This document shows, piece by piece, positions 20,558 to 28,056 of a stretch of DNA of 35,015 nucleotides. The stretch's first letter is position 1; every line of letters starts with the position of its first letter. This stretch comes from Desulfobia sp. GTDB taxonomy: Bacteria; Desulfobacterota; Desulfobulbia; Desulfobulbales; SURF-16. The position numbers and the translations under genes were made by a program. Where the stretch lies: contig JBEPXR010000005.1 of the NCBI GenBank assembly GCA_041641775.1, positions 1 to 35,015 on the forward strand. The letters are read 5' to 3'. The notes under the pieces were generated by a model. The model did not search any database. It saw nothing but the letters and a program-made list of their open reading frames with translations, and had not been told where the DNA came from.

Positions 20558-20914
20558 TTAGCAGCATTCCTGCATAATATAGTGGTCGCCCCGGACGTTG
20601 GCGAACTCGATGCCGTCAAGCTGGGGAAGACCGGCGAGCTTCCAGGCAAGCATCGGGTTGACGAACTCTTCATTCAGGCATTCCCGGGGTTTATCCAGGT
20701 TTTTGCAGACATAATTGAGAATCGGAAAAAAGTTGAATTTCTGATAGTATTCGCGCATGAAGCGGATAATTTCCAGTTTGTCATCATCGAGAGGAGCCAC
20801 TCCTTCCCTCTCGGCAAGTTTGCGGGCTACATCCACGTCCCAGTCTTCTGAATTAACCAGAAAGCCTTGATCGTCGAGTTCAACATTTTTGTTGCCAACC
20901 TGAATAGTTTCCAT
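20558..20914 (-). CDS. DsrC/TusE-family protein with a non-canonical C-terminus
   Basis: Trimmed to ATG 20914, with AGGAGG 7 nt upstream. VELDDQGFLVNSEDW, IIRFMREYYQKF and KLAGLP align with DsrC (EVDEDGFL..., IIDFLQDYYKK, KMAGLPKPTGCV). The tail, however, reads QLDGIEFANVRGDHYIMQECC. Confidence 0.8.
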   Translation of the reverse strand: METIQVGNKNVELDDQGFLVNSEDWDVDVARKLAEREGVAPLDDDKLEIIRFMREYYQKFNFFPILNYVCKNLDKPRECLNEEFVNPMLAWKLAGLPQLDGIEFANVRGDHYIMQECC

Positions 20915-20976
20915 ACTCTGTCCTCCTTTTATAGCGCATGTAGTACTTTTAAACAATTTGTTTCCCGATCTCGGAA

Positions 20977-21321
20977 TCAGGATGAAGAACCCGGGTCGGT
21001 CTTTCCGCTCGACAAGCCCAGATTATCCATCATATCTTCAACTTCGTCAAAACCTTCCTGATAAAGTTTCTGCTCATCAGGAGCCAGATGCTGCAGCAGC
21101 CGCAGGAATTCTCCGGCATGCACCCTTTCCTCATCGGCAATATCAATAAGCACGTCCCGGGCCAGCGGATCATCGGTGCTTTCGGCCAGCTGCATATATA
21201 GCTGGATGGCTTCAAATTCGGCGGCTATGGAGAAACGGACAGCTCGAATCAGTTCTTCTCTGGTCAGTTTGCGATCGTTCTTAAGTCCGGCAAACGGATT
21301 TCCGAAATCAGGCATATTCAT
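20977..21321 (-). CDS. encapsulated-ferritin-type (EncFtn) ferritin-like protein
   Basis: REELIRAVRFSIAAEFEAIQLYMQLAESTDDPLARDVLIDIADEERVHAGEFLRLLQHLAPDEQ parallels the EncFtn domain as I recall it from the Pyrococcus furiosus fusion (KEELMEILRLAIIAELDAINLYEQ...DVAREEKAHVGEFMALLLNLDPEQ). The metal ligands are present: an E..E/Y block and EExxH. An AAGGA positioned for ATG 21315 suggests the start may be 21315. Confidence 0.8.
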   Translation of the reverse strand: MNMPDFGNPFAGLKNDRKLTREELIRAVRFSIAAEFEAIQLYMQLAESTDDPLARDVLIDIADEERVHAGEFLRLLQHLAPDEQKLYQEGFDEVEDMMDNLGLSSGKTDPGSSS

Positions 21322-21454
21322 TCCTTTACCTGAACAGGTAGTTGAACTGCAGAGTTGATGGGATAAAATCTGAGCAAGATAATTAGGTTGTCCCTGTCCG
21401 CACCCGATGCAGGTTCGGCAGGCCCGTCTCTATCCTTATTTTAGGAAAAATTTT

Positions 21455-21470
21455 CTATTGAGGTCAATAG
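21455..21470. promoter_or_regulatory. candidate operator: 7-2-7 palindrome CTATTGA-GG-TCAATAG in the divergent intergenic region
   Basis: A perfect inverted repeat read directly from the sequence. It lies between the EncFtn-like and apgM genes. No cognate regulator is known. Confidence 0.3.
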
Positions 21471-21531
21471 GAAATGATAGCTCAGTGGTTAATCTATCCC
21501 GGTTTTTCTCCGTGCCCGACAAAGCAAGTTG

Positions 21532-21560
21532 TTGACTTAAGCTCTGATTTTCTGTAACAT
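21532..21560 (+). promoter_or_regulatory. candidate sigma70-type promoter for apgM (TTGACT-N17-TAACAT)
   Basis: The hexamers and 17-nt spacing were read from the sequence, about 83 nt upstream of GTG 21643. This is prediction only. Confidence 0.35.
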
Positions 21561-21642
21561 TTTCAATATGATTGCCTCTCTTTAGAGGGGTTTGTCCTTT
21601 TACCCTTTTTTCTCGCAATTTTTTGCATAAAGGATGGACTAA

Positions 21643-22959
21643 GTGAAAAACAGACGCAGCTGTGTTCTTATATTACTGGACGGGCTTGGCGATCGTTCCC
21701 ATGACGAGCTTGGCGGACTCACACCTCTCCAGGCTGCCCGTACTCCTGCTCTTGATTATCTGGCCGCCAGGGGAGCCAATGGTCTTTTTCATGCTAGTAC
21801 TCCCGGTATGGCTTTGCCCAGTGAAAATGCCCATTATGCCATGTTCGGCTACCAGGAAGACGAGTTTCCGGGCCGTGGTCTTCTCGAAGCCCTGGGAGCG
21901 GGGGTCACTGTGGATGAGAAGACAGTGGTCATGCTCGCTCATTTTGTCTCTGTTAATCTCCGGGGCAATATCCTGGAATTGGCTGCAGACCGTCCTGTGG
22001 CCACAGATGACGAAGTGCGGAAACTGCTTGACGCCCTGCCCTTTTCCCGATCCGCTCCGATTTCGGTTGCCTACCATCAGACCAAGGGCCTGGATGGGAT
22101 CTTGACCATGCGGGGGAACGTCTCTGCCCTTATTACAGACGTTGATTGTCTGCAGATCGGCTCTCCCCTTATTGAGCCCAGACCATTGAGGGGCTCTGAA
22201 GACGATCATGCCGCCCGGTCAACGGCTGCTGCTCTAAAAGATTATCTGGCCTCCTGTTTTCAGAGGTTGGACAAACACCCCGTAAACGCAAGTCGGAAAA
22301 AGAAGAGACTTCCCCATGTGAATGCCCTGGTGACCCAGAGACCCGGAAAATGGCGCGAGATCGAATCCTTCTCCAGCAGATGGGGACTCAGGGGGCTTTC
22401 CGTCTCGTCAGGTATCATGTATCATGGTCTGGCCAGATTCCTGGGGATGGATTTGATGACGGCAACCGACAGCGGGGAGCCGGGAAATGATCTGGCTGAA
22501 AGGTTGAAGAATATTCTGGTGATGAAGGCGGACTACGATTTTTTCCATGTTCACAGCAAGGCCCCTGATCAGGCCGCTCACACCAAGAACCCGATGGAAA
22601 AGGTCAAAGCCATAGAATCTCTGGACCACGGTATAGGGAAGGTCCTGGATTTGTTTTTGGATCAGGAAACGGTGCTGGTTATTGCGGCGGATCACTCGAC
22701 TCCCAGTTCCGGCCCCCAGGTGCATTCCGGTGAAGAGGTTCCAATATCGGTGAACGGGCCGGGGATCAGAAAGGACCGGGTGGAAGTCTTTGATGAGGTG
22801 AGCTGTGCCCAGGGTTGTCTGGGCCAGACCAGGGGAAAGGATTTCATGCCCATGGTCCTGAACTGGCTGGATCGGGCTAAACTTCATGGATTGAGGGATA
22901 CCCCGGATGACCAGCCCTATTGGCCCGGCAGGAGGGAGCCTTTCACAATCGGGGAGTAA
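21643..22959 (+). CDS. apgM: cofactor-independent phosphoglycerate mutase, archaeal type (ApgM-like, alkaline-phosphatase superfamily)
   Basis: VLILLDGLGDRSHDELGGLTPLQAARTPALDYLAARGANGL is the typical ApgM N-terminus. HSKAPDQAAH and AADHSTP are metal-site blocks. The start is GTG, because an upstream in-frame ATG at 21634 runs into TAA. Confidence 0.8.
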   Translation: MKNRRSCVLILLDGLGDRSHDELGGLTPLQAARTPALDYLAARGANGLFHASTPGMALPSENAHYAMFGYQEDEFPGRGLLEALGAGVTVDEKTVVMLAHFVSVNLRGNILELAADRPVATDDEVRKLLDALPFSRSAPISVAYHQTKGLDGILTMRGNVSALITDVDCLQIGSPLIEPRPLRGSEDDHAARSTAAALKDYLASCFQRLDKHPVNASRKKKRLPHVNALVTQRPGKWREIESFSSRWGLRGLSVSSGIMYHGLARFLGMDLMTATDSGEPGNDLAERLKNILVMKADYDFFHVHSKAPDQAAHTKNPMEKVKAIESLDHGIGKVLDLFLDQETVLVIAADHSTPSSGPQVHSGEEVPISVNGPGIRKDRVEVFDEVSCAQGCLGQTRGKDFMPMVLNWLDRAKLHGLRDTPDDQPYWPGRREPFTIGE

Positions 22960-22974
22960 AGGGAGACTTATTTT

Positions 22975-23535
22975 ATGGCACAAGTTGAGACAGGAGTCAT
23001 CCATGGTCGGTTTCAGGTGCTCCACAATGATCATCTGAAATACCTTCTGGCCGGCAAGGCGAACTGTCGGCACCTAGTTGTGGGAATAACCAATCCCGAT
23101 CCCACTCTGACCGGAGAAGATGAAGCCGACTCCTCCCGAAGCAGCAAGGAAGCAAACCTTCTTACCTATTATGAACGACACCGGCTGGTCAGAGAATCGT
23201 TGCACGAGTCGGGTGTGGGGCTGGAAGAATTCTCCGTGGTTCCTTTTCCGATAAATTTTCCGGAACTCTATGTCTATTATGTTCCCCTGGACGCCGTTTT
23301 TTACCTGACCATCTATGATGAATGGGGAGAAAGGAAGCTGAAAATGTTCCGGGAAAGAGGCCTGGAGACCGAAGTTCTGTGGCGGAAACCGCTCCCGGAA
23401 AAAGGACAGAGTGCATCGCAGATCAGAAAGCAGATGACAGAGGGGGGTCCCTGGCAGGATATGCTCCCTTCGGCCTCCGCGAGACTCCTGAAGGAATTCG
23501 GCTTGGTGGAACGGCTGCGCTCAATCAGAAGTTAG
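22975..23535 (+). CDS. cytidylyl/adenylyltransferase-superfamily protein, NadM (NMN adenylyltransferase)-like
   Basis: GVIHGRFQVLHNDH corresponds to the GRFQPxHxGH motif, with D in place of G. SASQIRKQM corresponds to the SxTxIR motif. It starts 15 nt after apgM, with GGGAG upstream. Confidence 0.65.
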   Translation: MAQVETGVIHGRFQVLHNDHLKYLLAGKANCRHLVVGITNPDPTLTGEDEADSSRSSKEANLLTYYERHRLVRESLHESGVGLEEFSVVPFPINFPELYVYYVPLDAVFYLTIYDEWGERKLKMFRERGLETEVLWRKPLPEKGQSASQIRKQMTEGGPWQDMLPSASARLLKEFGLVERLRSIRS

Positions 23536-23675
23536 GCTGCGGAAGTCTGCAGAAGTTCCCGACGGTCAGAGTCTGCCAGTCAAGTCACACTGCCAAAAAC
23601 TGACTGCTGACAACTGCTGAATTGTTTCCACCGCAATGGCGCCGGAAAAGCGGGAAAAAGGCAGGGCAGGTGAGA

Positions 23676-24113
23676 TTAGAAATAGGTCCCTTTAAGGATG
23701 AGACTTTTTATCTTGAAATACTGTTTCGATGACAGGCCGGTGAAACGAACGCCGTAATACTTACGGTAGCAGGAGGTCTTGATTTCATCTTCTCTGACGG
23801 GAACGTGATAGGTATAGACAACTTCCACCGGGAGATCGGAGACGGTAACTCCCTGCTGCTGGTATACTACGTCCAGTTCTTCTTCCTTCCCAGTTTCGTC
23901 CACCTCAGCATACCCGGCGTCGCGGGTAACGGCCGAGAAGGAGAAGCCTCCGAGACTTATATCCTCGAGGCTCCCGTATTTGCTGTCATAAAAGACCATC
24001 AATCCCCTCCTGCAGGGAAAGCGCCGGTAATTCCTTTTTTCTCCCCGGCTTCCCCTTCTCTCCATATAGTAGAAGTTTGTGCGGAGGAAGTTTGTAAGGT
24101 GCCGTCTTTTCAT
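23676..24113 (-). CDS. PilZ-domain protein (putative c-di-GMP receptor), paralogue 2
   Basis: KRNYRRF followed by EDISLGGFSF. The N-terminal NFYY, the C-terminal YGVRFTGLS...FKIKSLILKGTYF and the overall length parallel the ORF at 19044-19496. Confidence 0.8.
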   Translation of the reverse strand: MKRRHLTNFLRTNFYYMERRGSRGEKRNYRRFPCRRGLMVFYDSKYGSLEDISLGGFSFSAVTRDAGYAEVDETGKEEELDVVYQQQGVTVSDLPVEVVYTYHVPVREDEIKTSCYRKYYGVRFTGLSSKQYFKIKSLILKGTYF

Positions 24114-24575
24114 GAGAGGATATTTCTGTGTGGAATTTTGTATGGCTCATTCCACCCGATGGAGCATGACAGGTGGAGGTGATTTTCTGGCTTGGTTAAT
24201 CGCTTTATTGAGAGAATTCGGAAGCGCGTTCAGTCAGCAATGTATTGTAAAATAATATATTTGTTAGCTACTTCAATCAAGCAATAAAAATCTACGGTTA
24301 GCGATTTCCGTTCTGTGTTCATTGTAACTGATTAATTTAGCTGAAAATAGTTATTGGAGCATTTATTACCGGGCTCGGAGGAAAATCCTGTTCCCCAAAT
24401 CAGAACCCTGATCAGGCCTATGGATTCAGTGGAATCTATCGGTATTATCACTTTGACAGAGCCTTCCGGCCATAGCAAGGTAGAGGGTTGAATCAGGCGG
24501 ATAAACGGTAATTTCATAAAATTCTTGAAGTTCTTCAGCAGGCTTTGGTTGGTCAATAGAGCCAGGAGGGGATCT

Positions 24576-25193
24576 ATGGTGAAGAAAGTGGTCGACTGCC
24601 GGGGGATGAACTGCCCTGAACCCGTTCTGCGTAGCCGAGACGCCCTTTCAGCCATAAAAGAAGGTGTCGTTGAGGTTGTGGTGGACAACGATGGTTCCAG
24701 GAACAACGTAGAGAGATTTGCTGCCGGTCAGGGCTGTCAGGTATGGTCTGATAGAGAAGGGGATGATTACAGGATACGGATTACGAAGTCGAGGGAAGAC
24801 CAGCCTGCTTCCGGGATATCACCGGAAGCATTTTGTCGTCCCGCCGGACTGGAAGGTGGAGGGCTTGTTTATCTCATCACCTCCAACAGCATGGGGCGAG
24901 GGGATGATGAGCTGGGCTGGGGACTGATGCAGACTTTTATCCACACCATCAGAGAAGTGCAGCCTCTTCCAGCCAGAATATTTTTTTACAACAGCGGCGT
25001 ACTCCTTACCTCCAGAGAATCCGGCTCCATCAAGATCTTGAAGGAGCTGGAAGAAAAGGGAGTGGAGATACTCTCCTGCGGGACCTGTCTTGATTACTTC
25101 AACAAGACTGATTCCCTGCTGGTCGGTGGCCTGACCAATATGTATGCCATTCTGGAGAGCATGGTCAAGGCCGACAAGCTTGTCAGTCCTTAA
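24576..25193 (+). CDS. yedF: YedF-type sulfurtransferase-like protein (TusA-like domain + DsrE-like domain)
   Basis: Trimmed to ATG 24576, with AGGAGGG 5 nt upstream. TusA motif CRGMNCPEPV. The C-terminal domain contains LITSNSMGRGDDELG and SCGTCLDYF, as in the YedF selenium-metabolism family. Confidence 0.8.
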   Translation: MVKKVVDCRGMNCPEPVLRSRDALSAIKEGVVEVVVDNDGSRNNVERFAAGQGCQVWSDREGDDYRIRITKSREDQPASGISPEAFCRPAGLEGGGLVYLITSNSMGRGDDELGWGLMQTFIHTIREVQPLPARIFFYNSGVLLTSRESGSIKILKELEEKGVEILSCGTCLDYFNKTDSLLVGGLTNMYAILESMVKADKLVSP

Positions 25194-26008
25194 CGGACTC
25201 CCCGCCGTTTCGGTCTGACCTGGCCTATCCGGTCGATAAATCGTTTAAGGACCGTAAAATACATCGCTCCCGTAATCTGGAAGATATCGTTGTGTCCCGC
25301 CCCGGGAACTATCTGGAGCTCTTTTTGACGGGCCGGACATTCAGCATGGAGTAGGGAGCCATTGGCCAGCTCAACCAGGTCGTCTTTTTGGCCGTGGATC
25401 AGGTAGACCGGACAGGTAACCATTCTCATCTTGTCCAGATTGCGGAAACAGTCGTTTTCCGTAAGAGAGGATCCCCCGACATCGACTCCTATGTTTTTGA
25501 ATACCGGCAGGGTCTCGGCGAAGGCGGAATCCAGAAGCAGTCCCTTAACGGTTTCCGGGTAAAGAGCTGCCAGTTCTATGGCCGGGGCCGAGCCCAGGGA
25601 TCTGCCCATAACCAGAAGCGGCCCGGAACGGCTCATCTCCGCCAGCCTTTTACCAACTGGCTTTAAAATGAGGTGGGCATCGTTCATCATGGCGGTGGCG
25701 GTGGGAACCCCGGTGCTCAGCCCGTAGCCCCGATATTCCACGGCAATGAAAGACATGCCAGCACCTGTGAAGCCGGAGGCGGTATCTTCATAATCGGCAA
25801 CCGTTTCTCCGTTACCATGGAAAAAGAGGATATTGACGGCTTCCTTACCCTCGGCCATGTGGTAGCGGAGATGTATTTGTTCACCGTCCGGGGTGTCGAT
25901 TATCTGATCCTCCTTGGAGGGGGCAGGGTTTTCGGCCCTTTGGGGCTGGAAGATAAAGGCCAGGTACTCCGGCCTGTCCATTTTTTCGTAGCTATAGGGT
26001 GATTCCAT
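25190..26008 (-). CDS. alpha/beta-fold hydrolase
   Basis: Oxyanion-region FFHGNG, nucleophile elbow GRSLGS, IHGQKDDLV (Asp) and GAGHND (His). Its stop overlaps the yedF stop within TTAA. Confidence 0.8.
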   Translation of the reverse strand: MESPYSYEKMDRPEYLAFIFQPQRAENPAPSKEDQIIDTPDGEQIHLRYHMAEGKEAVNILFFHGNGETVADYEDTASGFTGAGMSFIAVEYRGYGLSTGVPTATAMMNDAHLILKPVGKRLAEMSRSGPLLVMGRSLGSAPAIELAALYPETVKGLLLDSAFAETLPVFKNIGVDVGGSSLTENDCFRNLDKMRMVTCPVYLIHGQKDDLVELANGSLLHAECPARQKELQIVPGAGHNDIFQITGAMYFTVLKRFIDRIGQVRPKRRGVR

Positions 26009-26060
26009 TATCAGTCCTCGAAGAAAGTGCTGTTGTCAGACTTTTTTATGCTGCAGGTTG

Positions 26061-26786
26061 TCATGAACTGCGGGTATCGGCAGCGGAACCCGTCCGGATT
26101 GATTCTTCCTGCTGCAGACGATTCAGGGCCTGTCTGGCAAGCTGGCCCACGGTGGTGGTAAAAAGGCTGCGGTTTTCATAAAGCGTGATTTGGGCTTCCA
26201 GGTCGATGAATTGCTCCAGGTGGGGAGCAGCTTCAGATATTCCCAGGATGCCGAAGTTCCGGCAGGCCAGTCCCGCGACCCGCAGATCAGGAGATTCGAG
26301 ATAGGTGGTCAGGTAACCGTCGGCATCATACTTCAGGAGCAGCTCCGGCCGTATCGATCCCAGCCGGCCTAAAGCCCACATAAGACCCTGCTGCTGGACA
26401 GGATGCTCGAGAAAATTTTCCTCCCGCATGTAGGAAACAAGCAGGTTGCTGTATTCCCTGGCCAAGTCCTGATTAATCGCCAGAATTTCCCCCATGGCTT
26501 CAACCATTCCCCAGCCTATCCCCCCTGATTCCTCGTTCAGATTCCATAGGATGCGTCTCATCATGACCCGGGCCGATTCCATATCTTCCCGAGCCAGCCT
26601 GTGCATCAGTTCACCCATCAGGGACACGGCATGCCATTTTTTCTTTTCATCCGTATTGTACAGTTCGGCCATCAGGGTGGAGATTGTTTTTTTAAGAGGA
26701 TAGTCGGCAGTTGCCCGGAGAGTGTGATCCAGATCGTCGTCCGCCAGAAGGGACTTCAAATTTTTTTTGATCTGTCTTTCCTGCAT
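26061..26786 (-). CDS. HEAT-repeat-like hypothetical protein (resembles the DVU0298 family)
   Basis: All-helical repeat sequence. WGMVEAMGEI and ALGRLG are HEAT/PBS-lyase-like. The family name is from memory only. Confidence 0.5.
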   Translation of the reverse strand: MQERQIKKNLKSLLADDDLDHTLRATADYPLKKTISTLMAELYNTDEKKKWHAVSLMGELMHRLAREDMESARVMMRRILWNLNEESGGIGWGMVEAMGEILAINQDLAREYSNLLVSYMREENFLEHPVQQQGLMWALGRLGSIRPELLLKYDADGYLTTYLESPDLRVAGLACRNFGILGISEAAPHLEQFIDLEAQITLYENRSLFTTTVGQLARQALNRLQQEESIRTGSAADTRSS

Positions 26787-26833
26787 GCCCGTTTTGTCTG
26801 TTGTTATGCCTTCAGCTGATAGCGGGATTCCAT

Positions 26834-26865
26834 AAAAAAACCGCCGAATAATGCGGCGGTTTTTT
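26834..26865. terminator. bidirectional rho-independent terminator after the ferritin gene
   Basis: A7-CCGCCG-AATAATG-CGGCGG-T5, read directly from the sequence. It lies 56 nt downstream of the ferritin stop on the minus strand. Confidence 0.85.
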
Positions 26866-26921
26866 GTACCCGGAGCTCAATCGGGTTACCCTTTTATCAG
26901 ATCGGGTGGAAGTCCGGTTGT

Positions 26922-27434
26922 TTATTCCCCCTTAGCCGGAGGAGTGAAAACTCTTTTGCCCAATTCCTGGTCCAGGGCAAACAGTCCGCTTTTGTCGTCT
27001 CCGATGAGGCGAAATTTGCCGAGCACATCACCGGCGGTGGCTTCTTCTTCAACCTGCTCCGAGACAAACCACTGCAGAAAGATATGGCTGGCATGATCCT
27101 TTTCTTCCAGGGCAAGATTGACCAGGTCGTTGATCAGGGAAGTAACTTTTTCTTCATGTTTGAGAACCTCCTCGAAAACTTCCAGAGGGTTATCCCAATC
27201 GGTCCGGGGCTGGTCGATCGCCAGCATTATGGCCCTGCCGCCCCGTTCGTTAATAAAATCATATATCTTGATGGCATGGTAGAGTTCTTCCTGGGCCTGG
27301 GCTCTCATCCAGTTGGCGCAACCCGGAAGACCAGTGGATTCGAACCAGGAATTCATGGAAAGATAAAGATAGGAAGAAAAAAGTTCCCAGTTGACCTGCT
27401 TATTAAGAGCTTCGGCCATTTTTTCACTCAGCAT
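26922..27434 (-). CDS. ftn: non-haem ferritin (Ftn)
   Basis: Ferroxidase-centre blocks NWELFSSYLYLSM, QEELYHAIK, EEKDH and LQWFVSEQVEEE. The length is 170 aa. Confidence 0.9.
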   Translation of the reverse strand: MLSEKMAEALNKQVNWELFSSYLYLSMNSWFESTGLPGCANWMRAQAQEELYHAIKIYDFINERGGRAIMLAIDQPRTDWDNPLEVFEEVLKHEEKVTSLINDLVNLALEEKDHASHIFLQWFVSEQVEEEATAGDVLGKFRLIGDDKSGLFALDQELGKRVFTPPAKGE

Positions 27435-27481
27435 GATTCGTTTTCTCCCAATGTAATTCTATAAGGTAATATCCAGTCATT

Positions 27482-27892
27482 TTATTGATTGTCTTCGACT
27501 TTTTGGCATCCTGGGCACACCCCTCTGAATTCAAGGGAATGACCGGTTATCCGGTAGTCAGTGCTTTGCTGGGCTTCGCTCTCAAAGTCGGTGTTAAACG
27601 AGACATCCAGGTCAGCAACTTTGCCGCATTCCTGACACCTTACGTGAGGATGACTACTGGTGTCTGCATCAAACCGCTTCTGGGTGCCTCCCACATTGAT
27701 TTTTTGGATTATTCCGGCATCGGAAAGGAGTTCAAGATTGCGATACACCGTGCCCAGGCTTATCTTGGCCATTTTGTCGCGCACCATGTAATAAAGATCA
27801 TCCGCCGTAGGATGTGTCTTGACCTTGCTCAGGGCGTCAAGGATGATCTTCCTTTGTTTGGTCATCCTGATTATGGGGCTGTCTCCGTTCAT
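27482..27892 (-). CDS. Fur-family metalloregulator (Fur/PerR/Zur; subtype not resolvable)
   Basis: TKQRKIILDAL...HPTADDLYYMV...ISLGTVYRNLELL is a winged helix. HPHVRCQECGKV and CPGC form the structural Zn site. It lies 47 nt upstream of ftn on the same strand. Confidence 0.85.
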   Translation of the reverse strand: MNGDSPIIRMTKQRKIILDALSKVKTHPTADDLYYMVRDKMAKISLGTVYRNLELLSDAGIIQKINVGGTQKRFDADTSSHPHVRCQECGKVADLDVSFNTDFESEAQQSTDYRITGHSLEFRGVCPGCQKVEDNQ

Positions 27893-28014
27893 AACGACTT
27901 TCTTATAGTTTTATTTTTAATGAACTCTGCCTAAAATTTTGACAGGGCAATTCGAATGTACCAGAATAGTAATGCAATTGTATCATAGCAACTGTTTCTT
28001 GACAAAGAATTACG

Positions 28015-28056
28015 GCAATGATAATTCCTATAAAATAAATAATAATTATTACTACT
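28015..28056. promoter_or_regulatory. candidate Fur-family operator(s) in the fur-ftn / fprA divergent region
   Basis: A perfect 12-bp palindrome TAATAATTATTA lies at 28040-28051. AATGATAAT at 28017-28025 resembles a Fur-box half-site. TTGACA at 27999-28004 is followed 15-17 nt later by GATAAT/TAATTC. Confidence 0.4.

Noticed and set aside
20324-20851. 175-aa plus-strand ORF spanning the intergenic region and the DsrC-like gene.
   Set aside because: It crosses a strong minus-strand terminator and is antisense to the DsrC-like CDS. It has no RBS and no recognisable domain.
21476-21530. tRNA-like stretch GATAGCTCAGTGGTTAATCTATC, resembling a D-arm.
   Set aside because: There is no acceptor stem, no GTTCGAATC-type T-arm, and only a 3-bp candidate anticodon stem whose loop has a pyrimidine at position 37. 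It is not a tRNA.
24440-24510. Possible c-di-GMP-I (GEMM-I) riboswitch upstream of yedF. AGAGCCTTCCGGCC...GGTAGAGGGTT loosely resembles AAAGCCUCCGGCC...GGUAGCGGGGUU.
   Set aside because: The upstream GCAAAC...GACGCAAAGC half and the GNRA tetraloop/receptor elements are absent. The similarity is short and could be chance. It needs a covariance-model scan before any claim.
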